A DNA stretch of 64,000 nt from Eledone cirrhosa (lineage: Eukaryota): NCBI GenBank assembly GCA_964016885.1, contig OZ024740.1, forward strand, positions 200,942,001-201,006,000. Reading direction: 5' to 3'. The first letter of the stretch is position 1; each line of letters begins with the position of its first letter. This document shows, piece by piece, positions 15,726 to 30,812 of this stretch. The notes under the pieces were generated by a model that made no database searches, was not told where the DNA came from, and worked only from the letters and a program-made list of their open reading frames with translations. A program made the position numbers and the translations under genes.

Positions 15726-18700
15726 ATGGCCAATATAAGAGTTGGATGTGTGAACGTACGCGGCCTGGGGATGCCCTGGAAACAGGGCAAACTCTTAAAC
15801 GACCTCAGGTCGCACAGTATGGATGTGGTAGCCATTTGCGAGTCCAGGATCCACAGCGAGCGATAGCTGGCCCCCATCTTCGATGACTTTGAGATCTAGG
15901 CATCTCTCTGTCAACCAGGGGGTGGGGGCGGAGTTGCCGTTTTGCTGCGGAAACACCTGGGCCTCGTAAGACAGACAGTACATCTGGACCCGGAGGGTCG
16001 ACTGGTGGTCCTAGACGTTGACGGTAGTGAAGGTGGAGCCTTCAGGCTGGTGGCCGCATATGCCCCATCCGGGACACCGCGGCCAGACTTCTTCAAACGT
16101 CTAGAGACTTTTCTGGGAACGTCCCGCTCCTTGCTTTTAGTGGGGAACTGGAATGGAATCCTAGATGCACGTTGGGACTATGTGGGAGCATGTCCCGATA
16201 AAGGGGGGGGTGTAACAGCCTCAAACAGTTAATCGACCGATTTGACCTGGCTGATAGATATCGACTAGATTTTCCGACTGCGCCACTGTGGACGTGGAGT
16301 AATCGTAGCGGAACATCTAGATCGTACCTAGATAGGGTTCTAGTTAGAAATAAGCATAGGGACATGTTAAGCTGTCCACAAATGTTCATGGTTTCCTATT
16401 CAGATCACAAACTAGTGACCTGCATGGCCAACCTTGATAGAACCCATAGACAAGGACCCGGCTACTGGAAGCTGAACTTGTCGCTACCGACAAGCAAAGC
16501 CTACAGTAGACGGATTAGCACTTTAGTTAAACAGCACTTGACAGGGGCCATTGTCAACAACAGATGGTGGTACTCTCTCAAGAGGGCAGTTAGATTACAC
16601 TGGATAGTTTTTAGTAAAGAATTAGCGTTAGATAGAAATAGAACCGAGAAGGAACTGGTAAATAAAGTAGAAGAGGCAATTAGAAGTGGCAACGTAGCCA
16701 GCGTGCTAGCAACGAGAACGGCCTTGGACCAGTTCTTCGACGCAAAGCACGAGGGCTGCGTTGTCAGAAGCAAAATACGTGCTCTGGGAAACGAGGGAAC
16801 CAAAGCTGTTAGCTGGGCCCGAGTGACGGAGGCAAAAAGTGGCAACAAGTCCACGATTCGGTCTTTGAAAGACCAAAACGGACGCGTGATACATGAGCCG
16901 AAGCAGATGTGTGCGGCTTTTCAGCGGCACTTTGCTCGGCTGTTCGGGGGAGGGGCGCACCGGGAGAGGCTATGGATTTCGGTCCATACCTCGACGGCCT
17001 ACCGCGACTCTCGGACAGCGAGGCAAAGTTCTGCGAAAAGCCGATTTCAGCCACTGAGATAGGGGACGCGCTGAGCCAATGCGGCAAACGTAGATCTCCA
17101 GGTCTCGACGGTCTACCCTACGAATTTTACGTAGCAATGCCGGACTTATTCTCCGGTCTCCTGGAAGCGGTCTACTGCAACTGGCAACAAAACGGGAGAA
17201 TTCCCAGTTCTGTAACCGGGGGCGTGGTCACACTAATCAGGAAGGACGAGAATAAGAGGGATGACATAGGCAACTTCCTCTGCTAAACACAGAGTTACAG
17301 ATTTTGGCCAAAGTGTTGGCAAAGAGGCTGGTGCTTGTCGTCGAGAACCTGGTGGGAGAAGCGCAGACATGCGCAATCCCGACCAGGTCCATACACGACA
17401 ACCTACACCTCATGCGATACATCATAGAGAGGGTAGGGTGTAAACCCGGCTTCGGTGGTACCCTGATCAACTTGGATCAGTCTAAGGCTTTCGATAGGGT
17501 TGAACATCGTTACCTGGATGCGGTGCTCGAGGCGGCAGGCTTCGGACCCGTGTTCAGGGGCTGGATTGCTGCAATGCACAACAGCAACCTCTGCTCAAGA
17601 GTCAAGGTGAACGGCTACCTCTCGGAGCCGTTCCATATTACGCGATCCATTCGACAGGGATGCCCTCTCTCCTCCCTTCTGTACGTACTGACTCTCGAGC
17701 CACTACTGCGGAAGCTGGAGCTATTGCAGGGCATCCCTCTGGAACCGGGACTGCGGAAAGCGGCGTCGGCCTACGCCGACGACGTGACAGTAATGGTGTC
17801 GAGCGCCTCGCAAATCGAGGAAGTCGGCACCTTACTGAAGGAATACGAAAGTCTCACAGGAGCGAAGCTGAACCGGGACAAGTCCATCGGTTTGCAACTC
17901 GGATCGTGGAGAGGCAAACCGATGCCTTCCGATGGCGTCGTCGGACGCTGGACGGAAGGACCGGTAAAGCTGCTCGGGGTCTGGTTTGGTCCGGACCTCC
18001 AGGTGGAGAAGAACTGGAACGAACTGACGGCCAAGGTGTTTGCACTCACCCAGAAGTGGGCCGAGTGCAAACTATCCTTGAAAGGTCGAGCGGAGGTGGC
18101 GAACACTTTTATAGCGTCCGCCATCTACTACCGCTTGACCGTCGTGCCTTGTCCAGCCAAAACGCTCGCCAAAATGGAGCGCGCGCTCTTCCGATTCCTT
18201 TGGAAGAGGCGGGCTCCTTTGGTGAGAAGATCCATCTGCTGCCAACACACTTCTAACGGAGGGCTGGGGATGCGTGGTTGACGATGCGCAAACACGCGCT
18301 CAGGCTGCGGCATCTCTACGTATTCCTCACCGGACAACCGGTGTGGGTCCCGTTCGTGAGGCGAGCCTTCCCACGACTCGTCTCGCTGACCGAGCTGCAG
18401 TCCTGGGTCAAGCAAAGACCGAGTAAAATGGGCGACTGGCACATCGAATGTGCTCAGGCGCTCACAGCCCTCTGGCAGGCGGACCCGGCGATCAGTGGAG
18501 ACTCCACTTCGTCATTCTATAGAGGGTTGGTCCGCAGCAAGTGCGACGACGCGCTCGGTGAAACTCTAGGCGTAGAGGAAGATGAACTGGCCAGTCTGTT
18601 CGGTAGGACCTTCCGCCCGGAACCGATGGACAACTTCCAAACGTACTTGGCCTGGCAGTGCTACCGAGGAGCTCTACCAGTTCGAGACAAGCTCTACAGA

Positions 18701-19153
18701 CATGGACGCCCGGTCATGGACCCTGCAAAAAGGATCTGTCTGAGGTGCGTGCGAGACGAAGAAACCGTTGCGCACGCATTCATACACTGCCCGGGCGTCA
18801 CTGACCTGTGGGGCTATGTAGAACGACTATTGTCGCGGGTGGGACCAATCCAGTTGACCACCGAGTCCATTGTCATGATCAAACCGCCACCCTCTTTCAA
18901 AAACGAAGGAGAGGCGGTTTTCGTTTGTGTGATAGCTATGGCGAAAGAGATTGTATGGTGGACAAGGTTGAAAGGGCTGAGGTCAGACACCTTTCTCTCC
19001 GGCCAACAACTGATTCTTTTTTTCAAATACCACTTTGGAAGAAGAATCAGGATGGAGAGAGAGCTGCTGTACCCCAGCAAGTTTTATGAAAGGTGGGTGA
19101 AAGTGGCGAGAATGGCCCAAGTGAATGGGCCTTCTCTCTATATCAGCCTGTAG
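15726..19153 (+). pseudogene. Tx1 ORF2 (APE endonuclease, reverse transcriptase, C-terminal CCHC), frameshifted
   Basis: MANIRVGCVNVRGL start; SDHKLV; GPGYWKLN; SPGLDGLPYEFY; DQSKAFDRV; RQGCPLS; AYADD; CLRC..ETVAHAFIHC. Confidence 0.95.
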
Positions 19154-19423
19154 GTTGAGGGAAAGGAGGAGGAGAGGAAGGGAGTACAAACTCTTCGTAC
19201 TCCTGGAGATGAGGGTTGCACATTTTTTTTTCGGGGGTATGTGTCACCCATATAAACAGTCTCCCTCTATTGGGGAAAATCGACTAACTTTTTAAATTCC
19301 ATTTGTGATAACATTTTACACGTTTTTATTGTATGTAAACTTCCCCCTTTGTATTTGTCCCCTTCTTTTGTGCCCCTGTGGCTAATAAAGAAATATATCT
19401 ATCTATCCATTTATATATCTATC

Positions 19424-19453
<30 letters not shown>

Positions 19454-19458
<5 letters not shown>

Positions 19459-20235
19459 AGAAAAAGGGATGAAATCGAAAATGCAACTGAAGTCTTATTT
19501 TTTTTTTAAATATATATATTTATTTGGTTCCTTTACCGGTTTCGCAGTTCTTCTGCTTTTCAAAAGGTGAGTTGAGATGGAGGGTCTGTGGTTTTTCTCA
19601 CATCTGGTTGGTCTCTAAATGTTACTTGTTTTATATGGAAAAAGTGGCTCGAAAGCCAGGTTTTTCGAGAAGTAATTTGATTGGTTTGTCAATAATTATA
19701 ATAAATTTCGCGCCAGTTCGCGTTACAATAGTTCTTCAAATAAGAGAGGGGGGGGTTGTCACAGGTTGTTTTTTCATATATGAGTGTTTGAATTTCTTTT
19801 TACTTGAAAAAATGAGGCTCATTTTTTCAAGTAAAAAGAAATTCAAACACTCATATATGAAAAAACAACCTGTGACAACCCCCCCCTCTCTTATTTGAAG
19901 AACTATTGTAACGCGAACTGGCGCGAAATTTATTATAATTATTGACAAACCAATCAAATTACTTCTCGAAAAACCTGGCTTTCGAGCCACTTTTTCCATA
20001 TAAAACAAGTAACATTTAGAGACCAACCAGATGTGAGAAAAACCACAGACCCTCCATCTCAACTCACCTTTTGAAAAGCAGAAGAACTGCGAAACCGGTA
20101 AAGGAACCAAATAAATATATATATTTTTTAAAAAAATAAGACTTCAGTTGCATTTTCGATTTCATCCCTTTTTCTTTATACTTCCACTCGTGTAGGACAC
20201 CTCGGTTATTTTTCATTTTGTAAAAAAAACCTCAC

Positions 20236-20241
<6 letters not shown>
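19454..20241. mobile_element. near-perfect ~727-bp palindrome with one-sided tail, PLE-type, in (TA)n
   Basis: Arms 19454-19816 and 19818-20180 around a 1-nt centre (atgag g ctcat); ~60-bp tail 20181-20241; HHR in each arm. Confidence 0.9.
20067..20104 (+). ncRNA. minimal hammerhead with U3-A8 core variant (mirror at 19530-19567)
   Basis: cctt TTGAAAA gcag aagaa ctgc GAAA ccgg TA aagg. Confidence 0.7.
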
Positions 20242-20720
<479 letters not shown>

Positions 20721-21477
20721 ATGGGAATGAGAGAGACAGAGAGCGTCAGAGACACACAGAAAGAAAGAGAAAGATCATTCATAGATTTCACTCATATTCA
20801 GAATTGTTCCTACTTTTAAGAATATCAAGTATTAAGAGCAGAACTGAAACTATATCATTGAACACTTTGAACCATAAGTGTAATTTACTGAAGCATTATA
20901 TTCAGAATATAGTTATTCGTCTTTTTCTTCATATATAAAATGAGAAATGAAGTAGATTATCATTGAATTATGATAACATTTTATTATTGTATATTATCTG
21001 AGAGTATATTGTATATTATCTGAGAATAGAACAACATTAATTATTTCTATTATACGACAATATATCGATTGATAAAGAGATTATAAAATCTCGTTTAAAT
21101 TGTCCGAAAGTAGGTATAGTGAGGTTTTCTTTTATATGAGTAGAACACACAATGTATAATAGTAAACTGATTCAAATGATTCTCATAAGTACTATGATAA
21201 TTTCATAGTCTACTATTATCATATGTGATATGACGCTGCTTGTAGGGTCTGTAGCTCTTGAACCATCGGATATCATGTGCCATACCAAGCAAGCAGTATT
21301 GATGTTGTTGCATCCTGACGTAAAATACTGTACGTCCCTGGGAAGTATGGGTGTTGGCTTTGGCGTGCTGGTGCGTGTCTTCAGCATGAGAAGTGTCCAT
21401 GATGGGCGTGCATGCCCTCTTTACAGAAAGAAGAAAGGTTTAAATGCTGGCCATCTTCTATGCCATGTCTTCAAGAT

Positions 21478-21718
<241 letters not shown>

Positions 21719-22049
21719 ATATATGTAGGAAAAGAGACTCTTTATATATATATAGGAAAAGAAATCCGAACTATATATATATGTAGTGTAGTTAATACGA
21801 AGCACTGTTTGATATGTAGTAAATGAATGATGTGTGTTTCAAAAGCTGGTACAATGCGGTAGAAAATACGAAGGGCAAATGATGGTGAATGAAACAAAAC
21901 AAAGTACCCATTGTATTATATGATATTTCAGGGCTATAACCCTTTTTTCACATACAAAGCTGAAACAGTCCAAGATAAAACAAACGACCAATTAGCATTT
22001 TCTTCTCTAACATCCTGTTACATTAGAACACTCTAATCGTTCATATATA

Positions 22050-22180
22050 TATAAAGATCAAGTGTAATACACGCCATAGTCTTTGGCCGTAATCCAGTAG
22101 TGTAATTCGAAGTGAAAATCCAAGTATGGAAAAATTCCAGAATTGGTGAAAGTATTCTGCTTTGTTTTCATTCTTGATTA

Positions 22181-22218
<38 letters not shown>

Positions 22219-22655
22219 TACATACATGAACATATATATATGCACGTATGGATTCACCGAATATTTATTATAATGCTCGGTGTGTTTGTAAACAAACATC
22301 CCGAATTAAGCCGTACAGTGTCTAGCAACCATCGTTGCTCATTTGTTCAACACTTCGGTACTCCGGCCGATTAACTCACTCGATATGCGAATTAGGCTGC
22401 TCAGCCGTTAATATGCATAAGGAAAGTATATACTTTCAGACGTTCAACCATCTGGCAGGAAGGTATACGTTGCTGACGATAGCTAATAAGCTTGAAACTA
22501 GTACAGCGTTCCTTTGTCAGTGTTGAACAAATGAGCAACGATGGTTGCTAAACACTGTACGGCTTAATTCGAGATGTTTGTTGTTCGGTGAATCCATACG
22601 TACATATATATATGTGTGCATGTATGTATATATGTATATATATATATATATGCAT
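22050..22655. mobile_element. fold-back element with HHR in the spacer
   Basis: ~22181-22353 inverted at ~22520-22654, including mirrored TA/CATA tract; HHR at 22468-22508. Confidence 0.75.
22468..22508 (+). ncRNA. minimal type I hammerhead ribozyme
   Basis: cgttg CTGACGA t agct aata agct t GAAA ctag TA cagcg. Confidence 0.85.
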
Positions 22656-22758
22656 ACTACTGTACGTCTGTATACATATATGTATGTACGTATACATACT
22701 TATATTTAAGTAACAGCCGTACTAAGAGTGAGAAATGAAATTTCGTTTCATTTTTTCC

Positions 22759-23225
<467 letters not shown>

Positions 23226-23234
23226 ATTTACATA

Positions 23235-23915
23235 CAGGGTGGAATAAAAAATAACAGGCCTCATTATATTTTTGTACACATTATTAATTTTTTTACAAAA
23301 ACTAATGACATTCTGTATATACTTACTGCAAACTATTAAAAACAACATATGAAAAGTTCACTATCTTCTGATGTTTCTGTCCATACTTACAGCACATGAT
23401 AATAGTGATCCCTGTTTTAATCTTTTGATTTTTAGGCGTATAATGAGGTTCAACATAACATCTTTACAACCAGACCTTGTTATGGCTCTGATCTTCTCCC
23501 GTAATGTTTTCCTTTAGTTCAGTGATGGCCCTCTGTGTAATGATATATACCCTATATTCAGATAGCTCCCAAAAAGGAAATCTGCGGTATTTAAATCAGG
23601 GATGTATGACACCCACTCAGAATCAGACATCATTCTGATCACAGGATTTTCAAAGTTATTTTTCAGTATCTATCTGTAGAGGTACATCTTAAGATCCTCT
23701 TTGACGACGCTTCTGCAAGTGTCTCTGGATGCATGAAGCTGCACTTGGAACTGCTTGTACGAGCTACACTTATTGTAATGAAAATCCAGTGCTGAAGTTC
23801 GAATTGGGGAAGTTCGAATTTCTATCTGCCATCTCTTGAAATTTTATGTTCATCGGTTAACAAATGAATATACAGTGACACAAAGCGTGCACGTAACCAG
23901 TTTTTATTCACCTTA
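23235..23915 (-). mobile_element. internally deleted Tc1/mariner DNA transposon
   Basis: TA-cagggtggaataaaaa ... tttttattcacctta-TA termini; minus strand near 23560-23620 reads EWVSYIPDLNTADFLFGSYL, a decayed WPxxSPDLNPxDFxLWGYLK motif. Confidence 0.7.
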
Positions 23916-24296
23916 TACATGCATATATATCTCATGCATGCTCATATACACAAATTTTATGATAAAACTCAGGCCCCTGAAGGGAATATACACAAAAATG
24001 TCACAGTAGTTTTATCTTCAGCAATGAAGTGCTTCCGACGACAGGGACAAAATTACTACTATAAGTTAGAATGACTGTCGCCAAACCGAAATTTGGATAC
24101 AAACAAAACATACAGCAGACGGGCGCTCCAGTTCGATGATGGAAGTGTACACATGTATTGTATGTGTATTATGCAAGTTGTTACGTAACTTCCAGGAGCC
24201 CCAGAAGCCCATTTGTGATGTTTATCGATTATATCGATTTTAATCAATCAGAGATGGTCCAGGTTAGTTTAAACATTTCTGTATTTATCGGTGTTG

Positions 24297-24348
<52 letters not shown>

Positions 24349-24351
<3 letters not shown>

Positions 24352-24573
24352 CAATGCCTTCGGTCGGATTTCTTAGTGTCACACCTTTTAACTGTTGTGT
24401 TTCCTCTGGATCTTAAAGTTTTACAACTTTTCGCCCCGTTGAGTTCTTTGTGATTGCCTCAAACAAATCGAATCGAATACTACTTGCTATGCGGCAGCTA
24501 AACCTTCGGTTTATACCTAATATATATATATATTATGTATGAACCAAAGGTTTAGCTGCCGCAGAGGAAGTAC
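24349..24573. repeat. fold-back insertion with (TA)n loop and one-sided tail
   Basis: tgcggcagctaaaccttcggtttatac / gtatgaaccaaaggtttagctgccgca arms; tail 24349-24480; (TA)n flanks. Confidence 0.7.
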
Positions 24574-24589
24574 TATATATATATATCTA

Positions 24590-24850
24590 GGGAGTTACTG
24601 CAGTTTCACCCGGGTGAGCACTCGATGTTGAGGTGTAGAGCTATACAGAGTGTAATATATTGAAAGGATAACAAGGACGATTGGTTACTCCTTCATTACA
24701 TTTATTGGTAGGTGACGCGCGTTTCGCCGATTATAGAGTCGGGTAAGATCGATACAGATCGAACCTTGAGCTGATGAGTGGCGAAACGCGCGTCACCTAC
24801 CAATAAATGTAATGAAGGAGTAACCAATCGTCCTTGTTATCCTTTCAATA
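24590..24850. mobile_element. PLE-derived fold-back centred on HHR stem II
   Basis: Arms 24655-24728 and 24780-24853; right arm begins ggcGAAAcgcgcgTCacc; tail has AGCACTC..GAGT at 24617-24651. Confidence 0.8.
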
Positions 24851-25431
24851 TATATATATATATATATATATAGATAGATAGATAGATAGATAGATATAGA
24901 TATACCTATTCATATATGTATATGAGTTTGGATCCACCAATTTTATTCCATGAGTGATCGCTCGGTGTTAGATCAATGGTATATGTTTTACATTTTTACT
25001 ACTATCCTTAAGTTGATTTAATCAATATGACCCTCTTCCATTTTTCATATATAGCTTGGTCTTGTGCTTTTTCTCAGGTTTTTCGGAATGGCGCCACATA
25101 TTTGTTGTAGCGTTCTTTAAAATGTCGTTCCGTAAGACCGATGTTCCGCTGAGTTTGACGATTTCACTGTTGTCTCGTAGACAATGGCCTCTGACTTACA
25201 TTGTATCTTCTACAGCCACCTCCACTCACACCAACTACCATCACTACCATAACAACCACAACTCAAAATACCACTTCTATCACCACCACTACCACCATCA
25301 AGAAAAGCAGCCACCATCAATACCACTATCACTAACAACGAGAGCTATCCTATTAAATTTTGCTTGGTTTTAATGACAGTGTTTGAACATTCTTAACTTG
25401 AAACTTGGAAAAAGAAAAGCGAAAGAAATAA

Positions 25432-25612
25432 TAATTGTTTCTACTAATGGCACAAGGCCAGCAATTATCTCAGTGCATTACTGGTACTTTATTTTATTGA
25501 TCCCGTAAGGATGAAAGGCAAAGTTAACCTCGGCGGGATTTGAACGCAGAATGGCAAGGGCCATAACTCTATGCGTCAAAGCATGGCGTCCGACCCTCTA
25601 CCGATACTACCA
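25432..25612 (-). mobile_element. tRNA-derived SINE
   Basis: Reverse complement of the 11482-11668 family. Confidence 0.9.
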
Positions 25613-26168
25613 AAATAATAATATAAGCTAAAATAATGGCGGTCATAAAAGTTGAAATATTTTAACGAATCTCTTAACCCCACTCTTTTGTTTGTTACTT
25701 CATATAACTCGTAAATGAATCTGGATTACTTTCATCTACTTTCTTTGTTATCTAGAGAATGTTTTGGTAAAAAAAACTAATATTGAAGATGATAACTTCT
25801 AATGTTGGTACAAGGCCAACAATTGGTAGGAAGAGAACTGTTGAATACATTGTTATCACGTACGGACAACGATGGTACTTTATTTTATCGACCTTGAAAG
25901 GACGAAAAGCAGCGTTGACCTCGAGAAAATCTTAACCGAGAATGTAAGGAGGCGGAACACATACTGCTAAGCATTTTTTCCACACTATCACTTTAATAAT
26001 GCGAAGAACACTATATGAGTAAGACATTACGACGACAGCTTATATGGAAGATGATGATTAGGGATAAGATATATGTACACATACATATATATATATATAT
26101 ATACTTATATCCAGGGAGTGTAACGTGAAGTTACTGTAGGTTCACCCAGGCTTAATAAATCGTCCTTG

Positions 26169-26212
<44 letters not shown>

Positions 26213-26244
26213 AGATCAAAAGATGGTTAAAAGAGTTCCATGTA

Positions 26245-26311
26245 TTTTATTATGCGCATTTCAAAATCAAATATCATCATGAGATGACATTTGCGTTTTC
26301 GTCAGATAAAA
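26245..26311 (-). ncRNA. hammerhead ribozyme in PLE 3' pLTR
   Basis: ttttat CTGACGA aaacgcaaatgtcat..atgatatttgatttt GAAA tgcgca TA ataaaa. Confidence 0.85.
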
Positions 26312-27475
26312 TAGGGATACACATGATATGAAGGTTAAAAAACACTTGTGAATAGTGAAGTTTTAAATCAACATATGAAAAGTAATTTAAGATTGATGTG
26401 TAATATTGGGAAAAAAAGTGAGGGGGGTGGAAATGGTGAAAAAGAGGAGGAGATGAGAGTAAAGAATGGTGGGGAGGAGTATAATAAGGAAGGATAAGAT
26501 AGGAGGAGAGATCGGTGATAGAAAGAGAGAGATAGCCTTTATAACTGAGAAAAAATATATATTGTTTCACAGAGAGAGGTTAAAAAGCCGTTGGAAGATA
26601 ATATATAATTTAAAAGAATTTGAAAATAAAAAGTTGATGAAGAGAAGAAAAAAAAATTAAGAATAATATTAAATTAAGGTTTGTATATTGAAGGGTTTAA
26701 TAATATGTGCGATGAAAAGAAATTGTTAATATCTATTATTAAAATAAAAATATTAATGTTATTAAGGATATAAGATGAAAAGAAGTAGAAGAGTGGATGA
26801 ATTATGAATTTAGAGGAATTAGTTTGTGTTTAAGTTTGTTTTTATGTAATGTAATATGTATACGTAATATATGTAAATAGTTTGTTTACAAATGAGCGCA
26901 GAAAGCAAAGAAGAAAATAGTGTTTAAGGAAGAGAAGACTCTAACATCAAAATATATATGTTTATGAAGTATTTTCTAATGGTAATAATATAATGTAATA
27001 AATGAGATTAGTTAGGGTTAAGTTTGTTTTTATGTATTGTGACATGTAATATGTAAAAGTCAGACGAGCATGAAAGGGAGAAAAATATAATGAACTTAGG
27101 AGGAATAATCTAACGTCAAAAAAATGTTTATGTTTACGAAGGATTTTTAAAGGTAATGCTATAAAGTATTTAAAAGGTAATAATAATTTGTATGGCCAAT
27201 GATATGAAGAAAGATGGAAGAGTGGATATGGTGTTGTGAGTAATAATAAGAATTGAGAAGTATTTAGGAAGAAAAGTACAGATTAGAGGTTAGAAATTAA
27301 AAGAAAAGAGGAAGAAAGGAAAGTGATAAATAGGAATGATATAGAATGAGTAACTAGTGTTATATAATGTATAATAAATAATATTGAAATAAGGTAGAAA
27401 GATGGGTATATTTTTAAAGAAATATATATATAAGCCTTTGAGAAAAAGGATTTTAAACTGGTAAAGTATTAGATA

Positions 27476-29085
27476 TTAGCTGTATACTTTATGGAATGTT
27501 CTGTGGAATTTATGCAAGCAGAGAGAAAATAAGTCAGTGCGTCTATTTATTATAGAATCTAAATTAGATATAATGGTAAATTTCTCACATAAACAAAGAT
27601 TACACGTTCTGGATAGGGAGGCATTCAAGTAGGGAGAGGAAGGACAAACTTTTCTCCAAGAGATGTTATAATTAATATGTTTGTCTTTCAAGGACCATAT
27701 GAGTTCTGAGAGTGCCGTGTTGGTTCTTTTAAGTTGGTATTTAAAAGAAGAATTGTGATTATAAAACGGGCTTTGAAGGAGGTGGAAGTAGAGCCGAAAT
27801 AGGTAAAGGAATTGGTATCAGTTATAACTTTACATTCATAGACTAAGTTTTTTTCAAGACAATGGTTGTTGAGAGGACATTTATTTTTAACAGGGCAATT
27901 ACAATTGCGATTAGAGAAATTAACAGAGTTATTAACAAGTGACCTAGTGTTATCTATAGAAGGAATTGGATTGGAGAAGTTATTTACGATAGGAATAATA
28001 GTTTCCTGATTTAGATTGGTATTAAGAACATTTGACGAAGTTACGTTTGACGTCGTATTTGAGTTTGCAGAAACTAGCCTAGAGTTAATAATGACGTCGG
28101 GGGTACTACTGCTATTATTATGACATTCAGTGTTGGAAGGAAGTGATTTAGTATTTAATATTTTATTGTTGTGTTTAGAGATAATGTTGGAGATGTTGGA
28201 GGAGGTGAAATAGGAAAATGTTATTGTATGTTTGTTAAATATTTTACTATAGATATGTGAGGGAGAGAAGCATTTATTTAAGGCACTAAAGAATAATTTA
28301 GGAATATTATTATTAATAGAAATGGAGAAAGGAGCATTATACCAGATTATATTTTTGTATCTAGGTCTTTTATTTAAGTTATTGGAATGATCATAATTAA
28401 ATATTTTACTGTAAGATCTTCTAGGATTGATTTCTTTACTGTATTTGATTTTATCAGGATAACCGGCTTTAGAAAGCGCATTATTATAGTAATTGGCATT
28501 AGCATCAAAGATATTGTTATTAGATGATAGTTTTGATATTCTTTTTCCAATATTACTAACTATAGCATTTTTAATGTTAGTGGTTAGATTTAAAATTAAC
28601 ATAATTTAGATTCTCATTGTTTTTATGGTAAGGGTAATATAGGCCAGTGTCAAGATTAAGGGATATATCCAAGAAGTTAGTTAGTTTGACGTTGTTATCA
28701 AATTCAATTTTTAAGTTATGTTGGTTAAAGAGATCACGTATATTGTTCTTAATAATATTAAGGTTAACTATATTGCAATTTAAGATAGTAAAAAGTCCAT
28801 CGTCACAATAACTTCCACCGCGAAGTTGAGGAATTTTCCGATTTAAAGAATTCAAAATAAAGATACCAATTAAATCAGTCAATTGCGATGAATCGGATGC
28901 ACCCATTGTAATATCAAAGTTGTTGGAGGTATCAGCCCTAGTCCAGTATTCATTGTTGAATTCTAAGATGGTTTTTCGTGCGATGAGAATGATGTGAAGT
29001 TCATCTGTGGTGATGTCAGAATATTTAAAAGCGAAAGATAGAGCATTTTTGAGAAGTGAGGGCGAAATAGAAGAACAGTAGCTGG
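27476..29085 (-). pseudogene. PLE RT plus C-terminal GIY-YIG endonuclease, frameshifted
   Basis: ASYCSSISP (RT3), MGASDSSQLTDLIG, SYCDDG, NFLDISL, NCNCPVKNKCPLNNHC linker, LVYEC..TYFG, CNLCLCEK. Confidence 0.9.
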
Positions 29086-29188
29086 CAATTTCCCAATATC
29101 ACACATCAATCTTAAATTACTTTTCATATGTTGATTTAAAACTTCACTATTCACAAGTGTTTTTTAACCTTCACATCATGTATCCCTA

Positions 29189-29255
29189 TTTTATCTGACG
29201 AAAACGCAAATGTCATTTCATGATGATATTTGTTTTTGAAATACGCATAATAAAA
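29189..29255 (+). ncRNA. hammerhead ribozyme in inverted pLTR copy
   Basis: Same motif as 26245-26311, on the opposite strand. Confidence 0.8.
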
Positions 29256-29381
29256 TACATGAAACTCTTTTAACCATCTTTTGATCTTATATTATTTATA
29301 CTCCAGTCCTACAAACTGTAGAGTGCTACTTATCCGATATCTGCATTGCTTTATTGTACTACAATAAAACTCACCTCCTAC

Positions 29382-30812
<1,431 letters not shown>

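Larger units (their letters stand above)
13557..19393 (+). mobile_element. full-length Tx1-clade (L1 superfamily) LINE inserted in (TATC)n
   Basis: 5' UTR, ORF1 with CCHC knuckle, ORF2 with APE-RT-CCHC, AATAAA at 3' end, (TATC)n on both sides. Confidence 0.92.

Noticed and set aside
12297-19393. LTR retrotransposon suggested by direct repeats at both ends
   Set aside because: Repeats are 3' stubs of a non-LTR APE-RT element; no PBS, PPT or integrase
21912-21958. Possible decayed hammerhead on the minus strand (GTGAAAA..aggg ttatag ccct GAAA)
   Set aside because: Core too degenerate to call
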